The translations under genes and the position numbers were made by a program. This document shows positions 39,601 through 50,300 of a stretch of 64,000 bases of DNA, one piece after another. The DNA is taken from NCBI GenBank assembly GCA_002633005.1, contig NMRA01000307.1, positions 396,208 to 460,207 of the forward strand, given 5' to 3'. Source of the DNA: Phoronis australis. Taxonomy: Eukaryota; Animalia; Phoronida. Position 1 is the first letter of the stretch. Each line of letters opens with the position of its first letter. The notes beneath the pieces are model-generated. The model ran no database searches, was not told the origin of the DNA, and saw only the letters and a program-made list of their open reading frames with translations.

Positions 39601-40135
39601 ATGATTCAAGCTGAGTAATTTTAACAAATTCCGTCTTCAAGCAAAACTCATTTTCTTACCAAATAAGGACCAAAATGATTGTATCTCACACGTGACCACA
39701 AAGCACACCAAAATCAAAACATTTGGCGCTTTGCTAGCATGGTTATTTATTAAGTTTACTGTGGAACTGTCAATAAGATAGACTATCGCAGCTTAAATAA
39801 CAAGTGAAACCTCAATAACATTAAGTATTTTTGAGATTTAACTTTATTCCATGAGGATTATTGAAGCTTGATGAATTTAGTGTCGTAACTTATCACTCTG
39901 TCTTGAAAATATTTATTCTAAATTAGAAATGTTTGAATTGCCGGGAATTAAGTGAGGGACACATTATTTCTTCCAAATAATTTTGGGTGTGCAAAATTAG
40001 GTGAGTGTGCAAATTAAGTGAAGACTTATTGTATCTCATTCCTGTTTGTAGCTCACAGCTCATTTAGAACAAATGTTGACGACGGCATTCAAGAAGTTTG
40101 ATACATGGCAGAGTAAGCAGGGTGCCAAGAGATGA
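21639..40135 (+). CDS. GTF2H1: General transcription factor IIH subunit 1 (p62): PH-like domain plus two BSD domains, ~516 aa, 13 coding exons
   Basis: Exons 21639-21786, 22867-23068 (or duplicate 24355-24556), 25211-25307, 28112-28168, 28831-28924, 29705-29854, 30586-30665, 32655-32786, 33075-33281, 34348-34438, 36312-36427, 39050-39142, 40052-40135 total 1551 nt. Peptides [91 protein letters not shown] match p62. Confidence 0.96.
23552..23838. mobile_element. Third, truncated copy of the same TIR element (left end), cut at assembly n 23839
   Basis: CCGCTATTCGCCCTAATTAGCGCCC left TIR; shares CGAAAAATGCC and AAGATCCGACAG blocks; minus-strand peptide [26 protein letters not shown]. Confidence 0.75.
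24355..24556 (+). other. GTF2H1: Second copy of GTF2H1 coding exon 2 inside a ~1-kb tandem duplicate (22357-~23392 vs 23840-~24890)
   Basis: 202-nt exon differing from 22867-23068 at only two synonymous sites (ACT/ACG, CGA/CGC); intact AG/GT; the copy starts right after an assembly n at 23839. Confidence 0.9.
25863..27287. mobile_element. Second copy of the same TIR element, outer part of the right TIR missing
   Basis: Starts TA|CCGTATTCGCCCTAATAAGTG, ends GGGCACTTATTAGAGC; aligns along its length with 9198-10541; contains minus-strand ORF 26016-26234. Confidence 0.85.
26016..26275 (-). pseudogene. HIRAN-like domain remnant inside TIR element
   Basis: Across a frameshift/deletion it reads [14 protein letters not shown]..(RE)..[54 protein letters not shown], matching the HIRAN-like pattern GYHVYKxxW...RExxNxxDxxA...GHVP...GLEIPC. 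Confidence 0.7.
31263..31530. repeat. Minisatellite, 14-bp unit GAGAGTGACAGCGC/GAGAGTGACAGAGG
   Basis: Tandem copies bracketed by GATTTTATGAGAGTG at both ends. Confidence 0.9.
31798..31965 (+). mobile_element. tRNA-derived SINE
   Basis: A box TGACTCAGTGG, B box GATTCGAATCC; body similar to 54701-54880 (CAAAGGTGTCTC..ATGCAAG.GAGTG.ATG.GAACCTGG.TATAATG). Confidence 0.7.
32011..32230. repeat. ~33-39-bp degenerate minisatellite resembling the 5' end of GTF2H1 exon 8
   Basis: Unit CATTGATGAGGGCACCCC..CAGCCAGACTCAT, ~6 copies; starts with TTTGTCAGGG like the real acceptor at 32647-32656. Confidence 0.8.
34912..35392. repeat. Minisatellite, 16-bp unit CAGTTTACACAGTGTG, ~28 copies
   Basis: Direct tandem copies in GTF2H1 intron 10. 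Confidence 0.95.
36533..37163. repeat. Minisatellite, 18-bp unit GGACACATGGCTGATGAC, ~35 copies
   Basis: Tandem copies in GTF2H1 intron 11; produces spurious ORFs in several frames. Confidence 0.95.
37424..37969. repeat. Two ~105-bp direct copies (37424-37530 and 37865-37969)
   Basis: AATGTATTTT.ATGAAATTAGGCAAA.AGGTTTCTATTAAG..TTTTCAGACAGATTTGATGTTTTCT..TGGTGGCCATTT in both. Confidence 0.8.
38363..38686. repeat. Minisatellite, 29-bp unit GGTGACTTGAGTCCAGATTATATACCTTT, ~11 copies
   Basis: Direct tandem copies. Confidence 0.95.
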
Positions 40136-40624
40136 CTCACGGGATGATCCAGCCAATGCACTTAGAATGCAGATGACCAGCGGTGACCTCGCCATACCGT
40201 GATGTACTTGTTGGGGAACCAGGTGACTGGTTCTTGCCAGTGTAATGTCCATGATTGGCTTGTGTCCATTTAGTGGACATTAAGTGATACAGTGATGCTG
40301 TGGTTGACCTATTGGAATTGATTCTGACTTTGACTCAGGATGGAAGTCTGCAGTGGAATTTTTATGTGAGATTTGATACCCGTTTCGTGAAAGCTGTGCT
40401 TATGCTAAGGATTGAAGATCTGTTGCCTAGGCAAGATGCAAGACGCATTTGAAATTTATGTTAGCAACTATTGGTTATTTCAGATTATTCACATTTCAGT
40501 ACGGAGAACTGTATTAAGGTGTGTAACCATTATGGAGTGAGGAATGGATGTGGCTCAGTACCAAAGGTCTATAAGGTTATGTGCTACCTTATAAGTACAT
40601 CTACGCATTTAGCCCACAATCTGC

Positions 40625-40630
40625 AATAAA
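40625..40630 (+). other. Candidate GTF2H1 polyadenylation signal AATAAA
   Basis: First canonical hexamer noticed after the stop (~490 nt), followed by T-rich sequence. Confidence 0.45.
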
Positions 40631-43561
40631 CTATTTAATACCGAATTAAACTTGGAAAACTTAAATGTATTTTCTGAGCTCAAAGTAATAAGTTTGCACT
40701 AACATGATTTCCAGTTTTCTCCTTTCATCTATTTTTATATTCATATTTTGCATTTATTCGTGCAAAAATGTTTCTTGCAGTTAAATTTTATTACAACACA
40801 AAAAATTCTATCATATATTGCCATTTTCCTCCTTGTCATTCCAAGCCCTGATTTCTGAGATATAATGCTTCAATTTTTCTATGGTTGTACATAACCTCAA
40901 ATGCTGTGGCAACATTCCACTGCGTTGGTTGATGTTATGTTGTGTACAATTCTTGGCACAAGTTATCAGGTGTATGATGTCTGTATAGCATTCTTTAACC
41001 TAAACTCACCTGTCTCTCAACTTCACTCTGCTTCATGGCTATATCTAAGCTCACTGAAAAACAACTCGATGGGAAGGGTACGTAGCAATGAGAAGAAATT
41101 GTTGACTATTCTCAAGCCTAGGAATTGTTTGTAATTGGACTAAGGAACAAGTTGAGAGACCAATTTCGTCACAGTTATTGGCCTAAATCAAAACTTGTTT
41201 GAACAAGTGTGAGTTTATCAAACCCCCTTTAAAGCCTAACTTCAACGGAATTTTGTTTGGATGTATTGGGGTAACCAGATAGTCCTATCAAATCCTTCAA
41301 GCAAAAGAAGAAAACAAGAGTTCAATCACGCAAATGTAAGTCTGTCAAATGATAGGTAAAGCTGCCTTTTCGTGCCGTGTCGTGTCACCACGAGCCCAGC
41401 ACAAACAAAAGGCCAAACAGTTGTATTGAATAGGGGTCTGAATAGAACACCATTGTGAGTGGGTGTTATTCCCAGCTGTTTGAATTAAAAGGTGATTCTC
41501 ACTGTGACGTAGACAAAAGCAATCCAATACGCCTAACAATTCTTTTCATTTGACAAGTTGTGGCACTAGTGGGCTCAGGGCGATGCTCTTAACATAGGAA
41601 TCAAATTTACAGGCGTCACCCTTCAAGATAGGCTTTAAGCCACCAGTAAATGCCAGCCAAGATCTTTGTCATTGCATTTGTGCAGAATTAGGACTTTTAT
41701 TAAAAAATAACATGTATGCACACATCCATCGGGAGCACATTCCCCCAATCCATATGTACCTAGGGTTACCCCAACTTATCCAAAATACTAAACGAAAATG
41801 GTGCAGAGGTTGCTGTGGCTGCAAGTGTACCGTTCTGATATCTGTTCAAAATGGCAAATTTGTAAACATTTAATTTTTCAGGATAGAGTGGTGTTTTGTC
41901 TTATTGTTGACATGTACTATTCATGTGTAGTTAGTTCAACTGTATTAGACTTGATACAAATTGATTTTATTTCAATATTGCATACTATACACAAAGAGTC
42001 ACAAGGCAAATAAAATAAAGTTCATATTTTAATATGAAAAGCATACTAACACAACCTACTAATCACCATTGGTACAAAAGAATGGTTTTCAACCAATAAA
42101 TAGTGTCTAATGATAACTGGTAAAATTTGGTTGACGAGTAACTCGTTCTGTAAAAATCATTCTCTAGAAAAATCATTTATGAAGTATTTGATTCAAACAA
42201 CTAAATCTTTTTGGCAAACTTTGCACTACTATAGGAGTGCTAATCCTACACATTTTGCAGGAGTGGATTCAAGATTATGACTAAAGGGGGATCTGAAAAT
42301 GGAAAAGTAGAGGAAGCCTTCATTATTCTTCCATAACAGCACTATGAGGCAGAACAGCTGGCTACAAACACTATATACCTCTGGATACGTACCCAGTTCC
42401 AAAGCAAATATTAAACAGTAACATAAAGGCGAATTGAAATTAACTTGATAGGTGGCGCTAGGGACATATCAGTCTTACATGTACAAATGCATGCATTCTG
42501 GGAGTCGCGCGAGACTAAGCCCACAGATGTCCCCATGTTGAAGATCTACTGTCTACTTTCGATCTAGTCAGATGTTAAATAGGGCGACCTTTATTCATTA
42601 CCACCATCTAGTGAATATCGAGTTGCCCATCCTATCAACTACATTTTGGACAATACTAGCTAAATGTAGCAACCACACTCTTCTTCATGATACCTTCATT
42701 ACAAAGTACAAATCAGTCTTTCAGTAGAAACAATGGCTGCCATGAAGTAACACGCAAAAGATTTGACATTAAAGGTTCCATACACTGAGAGTGTAAAAGA
42801 CCCAAAGACAACAAAAATGAAGATGTGACTTTACTTCAGTCAAGGCCTGGATCAACATCCTGGTACTGACAAGCTTCTGTGCTAATGGGTTCAAAAGTAC
42901 TCGGGGCACTGATTAGGTAATAAGACTATTACTATGGGACAACTAAGTAGCGACTTAGACTTGATGCTTTAAGTTTGCCAGGAGGTAACAAACAATAGTC
43001 ATGTAATAAAGTTAACACAGACTTCTTATTTTCAATGGTTCTATTGTAGGTGGAACGGAGCTCACAAGTGTCATTTTTGGCTTAATAAACTGCTTCATTC
43101 CTTTTTATCTTATTCTAAAAGAGGCCACTTGTGACCTGCCAAACCAATGCTCCATGTTACTTTTAAACAATAAAGAAGGAACAAGAGAACTTGAAGCACA
43201 TTTTGGCCGCTTTTACATTCACTTACAAGTCGTACACAACAGTGTTAAATTTTAAGCTTGGCCGACTTTAGTAACTAGTAAATAATTGAAGAGCACATTA
43301 AGTTTGGTTCTGTTGACAAAATGCACAACTATGTACAAAAGGCATGCAGGCAAACCACATTCACACAGGATTAAAGTTGATAAGAGCAAAAGGATTTACA
43401 CAATCTCCTCAATTACAATCGTAATGCACAACAGATGATAAATGGTTTTTGCCTCCACAAGGTATGTACATTTAACAAGAGTTGCATATTGAAATATGAC
43501 CCAAAGGAGGCAACAGCCATGTCCAACCATTGTCATTAGCCACAACAACTATCTTCAGACA

Positions 43562-43980
43562 TTATCAGGCTACCCGAACAACACGGCTCATGAAAACGGC
43601 TCACAGACCTTGAGTCAGCTCACCGACTGACAAACACGGCCCATACTTATGAATAGAACTCGCAAACCTTTAGTCAGTCCACTGATTCACAAACATGGTC
43701 CCACACTCACGAACACAGTTCATGGACATAAACACTCAGCTCACTGATTCACAAACACGGCCCCACACTCGCACAACACAGCTTACACACCCAAAAACCC
43801 AAATCAATGACTCGTGACTAAGAGTCACGTGCATGACTCGACAAAGAGTACGAGATTCATGCATAAACCACGTTTTGGAAGACAGTGTAGGGCTGTGTTG
43901 ATTAGTCTATAACCTGAGTTTAGAGGTTCCTACGCCACATTCATGAGTTCAGGAGCTGTGTTGTTCAGGTAGCCTGATAA
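43562..43980. mobile_element. Foldback/MITE with 33-bp TIRs and internal ~60-bp degenerate repeats, downstream of the PHRF1 stop
   Basis: TTATCAGGCTACCCGAACAACACGGCTCATGAA versus reverse complement of 43948-43980: 30/33 identical. Confidence 0.7.
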
Positions 43981-44019
43981 CTGTTGGTTGCCAATATAGT
44001 ACTGATCACAGAGTTGTTA

Positions 44020-44326
44020 TCTGGTGGAGTAGCGACCTCTGTTACCACGCAGCTGTAGAAGGCCTTTATGTCGCTTAGCTTAGTGGAGTAGCGTCCTCTG
44101 TTAACACTCAGCTGAAGAAGGCCTTTCTGCCACTTAGCCTGGTGGAGTTAGCAGTGACCTCTGTTGCCACTCAGCTGTAGAAGGCCTTTATGCCACTTAG
44201 CTTAGTGGAGTAGCATCCTCTGCTAACACTCAGCTGAAGAAGGCCTTTCTGGCACTTAGCCCGGTGGAGTTAGCAGTGACCTCTGTTGCCACTCAGCTGT
44301 AGAAGGCCTTTATGCCACTTAGCCTT
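44020..44326. repeat. 59-63-bp tandem repeat (5 units, alternating A/B) in the proximal PHRF1 3' UTR
   Basis: TGGAGT anchors at 44025, 44084, 44143, 44206, 44265; units 2/4 and 3/5 are more alike. Confidence 0.9.
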
Positions 44327-44394
44327 AATCATTTCAAGCCTTTGGCTTTCATCAGCAGGTTGCAGCCCGCGAACATTTGATGTCACACAGGTTC

Positions 44395-47300
44395 TCATTT
44401 TTGACTACTTTTCTTGTGAGAAATGTACTTGTTTAACCTCTTGATATGATTGACATAGCCATCAACCAGAGCCTTGATTTTGGCAGGGTTTATATCACCG
44501 CTTTTACTGTGACATATCTGAGAAGAGAGAACAAAAATATTGGATTTTAAAAGTGTTCAAAAACAAAAGAAAAAACGATTTCCATCAAAAGTCTAACCAT
44601 ACTTGACTAAGCCACCATTCCAATTAATACATCAATTATCATACTGATCTCCTTAACAGGAAAAATCGTCTCTTTCAATTTCCTTCCGAAAGGACATAAA
44701 AAATAAACAAGATAACTAGAAACTTGTGCAACAAAGAACAAAATGTCCCACCTTGGGTACAGCTTTCCTCATGATCTCTTTGTATTCCTTCTTATTGATG
44801 ACTTTCTGATTGTAGAATGGCTTTATAGCCATCTTAACTTCGTCTACAACGCGTTCCTGGCGGTTCATCTTCTTAAGCAGCTGTTAATATAAAGGAGAAT
44901 TTACACCAAACTTCCAACATCAAACAACTAGAGTGCATACTGCAATACATAGCCATGGAAGACCGAGTTTCTCAATGCAATTCCTCTAATGAGGACGAAC
45001 GATGAACCAACGCATCAATACAGTCACTGTTCAAAGTGCTGGTCATAAGTAATAAAACATTTCATAGAATGACACCCCAATCAACAATGAATAATGGACT
45101 ACGTGTTCAGAAGATAACACCCAAATCAACAATTAATAATGGCTTATGTGTTCAGAAGATAACAACCAAATCAACAATGAATAATAGCCTATGTGTTCAG
45201 AAGACAAAACCCAAATCAATCACTAGATAAGGGACTGTGTGTTCAGAAAATCTTTTCAATCGCTACTTAAAACATATTTGAATACCTTCCTTTACAAAGA
45301 CTGAGTTTCTTCTTTTTCAAGTATTAACAGCGAACAAATAAAATTATATTTTTCAAAATTCTTGATGATTATAGAATATTTTTTGTGCACAATATCAATA
45401 CCCAGATGTTAGAAATAATATGAAATCATTTTTTCTAAAAATTCTAGATTTATCATGGAGAACACCCCATTTTTCACAAAGTTCAACATGATTTTTGCAT
45501 GAAACTTTTGCAAATTTTGTCTCTTTATAAGCTACAAAAGCTTGTCTGTAATTTTCTTTTTAAACCCTTTAGGCTGTGAACACTGCTGCCAAAAATGAAG
45601 ATATCAATGTTCCTTGAAACACGAAAGTCGTGATTTTTGACACTTTGCCTTTGACTAGCCAAACACTGTGGATCTCTCCACTTAATACCCACCTTTTGCT
45701 TCCTATCAAACTCGACAGCAGATGATGGCAGGTCATCTGCCGCTTCCAACACATCGACCATCTTTGTGAAGTCCTCATCACCCGGTGAGTACGACAGGAA
45801 GTCGTCGTTGTCAAGGGGTGAGCCCATATCCATGTCTATTTCTTGTATGTCTGGTGAAACCATCTTATTGATAGCGGTCTGTGGGATTCTTGGCTTCTCT
45901 GAGGGTACAGAGCTCTGCTGGTAGTTTGGTGGCACTGGTAAGGTATGCATTTGAGGAGGATGGGTTAGACTCGATGTAGATACTGGTAAGAGTTTGGTAT
46001 CGGATGCTACTGGCGCATGTGCAGGTACCTGAGGAGGTCGCATCACAAGTCGAAGAATATCCTGGGGCACTGAAGGTGGGACAAGATGGCGGCTAGGTAA
46101 GGACTGTGGCAGTGAAGGTCGCGCTGGCAAGGGTGATGGACTGGTGAGAGAGAGGGGCACTCGGGGTGGGGGCATCAGTGTAGAGTCAGCAGGCATTGGA
46201 GACCGTGCAGTAGGTGGGGGAGGAAGGCGAGTGTTGATCAAGTTGTGTGGTAGAACTGACATGCGTAACTGAGACGATGATAGCTGATCCATGAGCTGAG
46301 ATGGCATACGTGGATCAGTGTGGATAGACACTGGCACTGAAGGTAAGGATGAAGGGATCAGGTGATCTGGTGTGGTGTAAAGGGGCTGGCTAGGTTGATC
46401 TAGTAGATGTGGTCGGCCTTGTACACCACCAGGAAAGCTGAAGTTGCCTTCACTAATGGAAGTGTGCCCGTGAAGAGATACAGGCGTCTGTAGTCTAACA
46501 GGTGATTCGGACATCTGGGGTGGCAATCCAAGCTTCATACGCGCTTGGATTCCTTGAGCCAAATTGACCTCTGGTGGAACCGTCATAGTGAACATCCCTT
46601 GTGGGGCTCCGTGTAGTCTCATATGCTGTGGTATTGACCCTAACAGCTCATTAGCCTGTGTAAGGCCATGAGGCAGGTGCAAGCCTCCAGGAAGATGCAC
46701 TTGCGGATTACCCAGAATGCTGGATTGATTACCCAGAATACCTGGCTGATTACCCAAAATACCAGGTTGACTTCCCATAATTCCATGCTGATTTCCCATG
46801 ATGCCCGTTTGACTTCCCATGATGCCTGGTTGATTTCCCATGATGCCAGGTTGATTTCCCATGATACCGGGTTGATTTCCCATGATGCCGGGTTGATTTC
46901 CCATGATGCCGTGTTGATTTCCCATGATGCCTGCTTGGTTCCCCATTATGGTTGGCTGGCCTCCTACAATGCCCTGTTGACTGCCAATTAATCCAGGTCG
47001 CATGCCTGGTGGGAGATGCTGCCAACCTGGAGGGAAGCTTAAACGAGGAAGGCTACCCATTAACAATGGGTTTACCAACATGTGCCTATGACCTAAAAGT
47101 GACATAGCAGCAAGGTCAGGGGTCATGTGAGGACCAATCAGATTCTGTTCCTCAAGCAAGCTAGCAGTATCAAATAATTGATTAAGGTGAGACGGCTCTG
47201 ACAATAACTTGTCAGGTACTGGGCTGTCCGAGTCCGTAGGGTTAAATGGGTCATACTCACTGGATTGTTGTTCACTTTGAACAGGCATTGCCTCGACCAG

Positions 47301-50300
47301 TGTTGCAGAATTTTGTTTTACACTGGAGTGTTGATCACTCTCATTCTTTTTATCATTTCTCACACTCAAGTCATTAGGTGCCAGGTTTGAGTCTGAGGAT
47401 TGCACAATGTTGTCGTCAAATCGAGATTTGCGGCTACCATGAGATCTACCCTTATCGCTGTTCTTGCGATCTCTGTCCGAACTTTTCTCCCTTTCAGTCC
47501 CACCAGCTCTACAACTTGCACTACCACCCTGCCCCGAATTACTCTTAGAATGTCCATCCTTCCTACTAGAATCATCAGTCTTGCACTTATCTGAATGATG
47601 AGAGTCATGGTCCCTTAACGAACGGCTGTCCCTGTGATGTCTGGCTACATAAGCACCATCAGATCTCCCATTACGACTATTGTCACGTGAGCTAGACAAA
47701 TCCCGCTTACTCCTGTCCTCTCGAGAACTTCTGGACTCCTGCCTATTTCCATCACTGTCTGTTGATGCATTGTTGGAAATATTTCCTGGCCGGATTATTG
47801 AATTACCGTCATTATTTAACTTTTGTCCACTCACTTTCTCCAACCAGGCATCTCGAGAGTTATCTTTTATCATCGTATCACTGTCAGTTTCACTTCTGTC
47901 GCCCAGTTTTCTCTTATCCCCTGAGTTCTGATTGTGTTGATGTTTCGTGACAACATCTGATGTATCAAAAGCAGCTACTGAATTCTGTGACGAGTTTAGT
48001 GTTGTGTTTGACTGCATTACATCTTTACCAACACGTGTTGTCGCTTTGCTAAAGCTACCAGTTTTTCCCACCTTGGGGTAACTTTCTGCAAGAGCGGGAG
48101 TGTCCAATTTTGATAATACACTACACGGTTTTTTACTTAGTGGCTCTTCGTCCACAACAAGCTCCTGCTTTTTGTGCCGCTTCAACTTGGGGATGCGAGG
48201 CAACTCAGAAATAGGCACTTTGGGGATAAATAGTTCCAAAGTGTCGTCTTTATCATCAGGCTCTGACTCACATTCAGACATGTCTTTATCCGACGATTTT
48301 TCTTTGGCGTCGTCTAGATCAATGGAAGAGGTTGTATTCTGCGACAACAATGACTTGTTCAAAGTAGTACTAACAGTCTGTGACTCCAGACTTTCAGACA
48401 AAATATTGTCATGTTTAATCTCCAGTCCAATCATGTCTGAGTCATAGCTAGTTATCTCACAGGTGACAGTAGGCATATTATCATCACCATGGAGTTGAAA
48501 GAGGGTTTCTTCCGTGACCATGACCACCGACGTGCCACAATCCTCATCTTTCTCCACATTCATAACACCTAAGACCTTATCGGAGATTTCAGGAGTATTA
48601 TCCTCTGCCGTGACACAATCACTATTCAATACTATTTCTGAATTTTCTTCCTCTGTAGATTTCAGATTTGCAGTTTGTTCTTTGCCAACTAATGTTTCAC
48701 AACCCTCTGTGGGTAACACAAACGTATTGTCCAATTCATTGTCCACGAGACTTGTTGATGTTTTAATGGTTGCATTGGTGTCATTGGTCAAATGTCGTAA
48801 ATCTGAGCTGGAATTTGAATTGCCTGTACTAGTGCGTGAAGTCGATGTCTGTGACTTCCTGCCACATCTTAGCATAAGCGAACCTAGAAATAGATAACCA
48901 AAAACATTATATCACACTAGCAATTTTATAACAATATTACAGCCCGACAGAAGATGGTTTACAATTTGAAATTAAAGCTGCCATGTCCTTGCCTTCTGGC
49001 ATTTTTTATTTTGATTCAGATCAGTCACCGAAATAAATTTGGGCTCAAATTGTTCCTCAGGTGAGAAGTGATTTCTGTGCACAAGAACAACTCATTGTGT
49101 TGAGGCCATCCTCTGGGCAAAAATGAGCCACAGGGTCAAGGTCACCAATGGATCTTGGTCTCCAGCAATAACTTACTGTCAAGCATTTCCCACATCTAGA
49201 AATCTTTTCAACAAGATAAGTGGTGTAAATCAAAAGTTGACAAAAGTTGGTTAAGAGCAGCTTTAATAACACAATGCATTATCAAAACTCAAATTAAGTT
49301 ACTTTAAAACTCGTCCTTAATTCTTCACCTTTGCCTGATCTTGGTTTCAATGACCTATTCTTCAAATTGGATTCACCGGATGTTTAACACAATTTAACCT
49401 CATTATCATGCGAAATCTGTACAGCAGTTCATTATGACAAGGATAGACTTATACATACATTCCATAAAATTGGGACATGGTAGTTCCTACGTTATATCAC
49501 TCTTAGCTGACCAATCATTATGAAATTCAAATGCAGTGCTGCACAAGATATTGAAATGTCCTTTACATCATCTAACAAGTTTTTTCAAAACGCGCAAACT
49601 CCTATGAACAAGGAATTCTCACCATCCCTGTGTATTGTGACATCTTTACTGTCGGAGTGAAGCAAGGACTGACCCTGCATGATGTTGTCCAGGAAACTGT
49701 CTGAGGCCGTAGAACAGCTGCAAACACAACAAATCTCATTCAATGTCAACAGCAACCAAGTCGACAATCAACCAATCAGATCTCAGGAATTCTCTTAATA
49801 GGATATTCAGCTTCAATATTCAAACTGTATTCACAGTAATTTGACAGGGCATGATGTCAGAAGCCCGAAATTCACTAGGTGACAATACAGAAGCAGCAGT
49901 CCAGGCTGTATAAAAACAATGACTCAAGCAGCAACATGACACCCTTGTTCTTATGCATGTAAACACCTTTCAATTCTCAATCTACTCAAACAAGAAAACT
50001 GTTCCATCATCATCACCATCCTATACAAAGAAACATCTTGACAGCTGTATCAGCTCACATGTGTATGCATCTTGACAGGACAACCAAATTCCCAAAAACA
50101 TGGCTATCTAATTTAAAACCATACAGTTATATTAGCTAATACGTGCGTGCATCTTTTTGTGCGCAGTAGGGGCTACTCTGGTGTCATTTCCATACTGCGG
50201 GCATCCAAGTGCACACATTATGTCGTTTAGAACTACCTCAGGTTGGTAATCCATGTGACAGCCTAGATACCTTTAGGGAGTCCTTGTTCTTACCTCATAT

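Noticed and set aside
40133-40147. GTF2H1 TGA-C stop context suggesting readthrough
   Set aside because: The next in-frame stop follows three codons later; no supporting structure seen.
46668-48897. Antisense and alternative-frame ORFs over the large PHRF1 exon
   Set aside because: Shadows of low-complexity coding sequence; no independent motifs.
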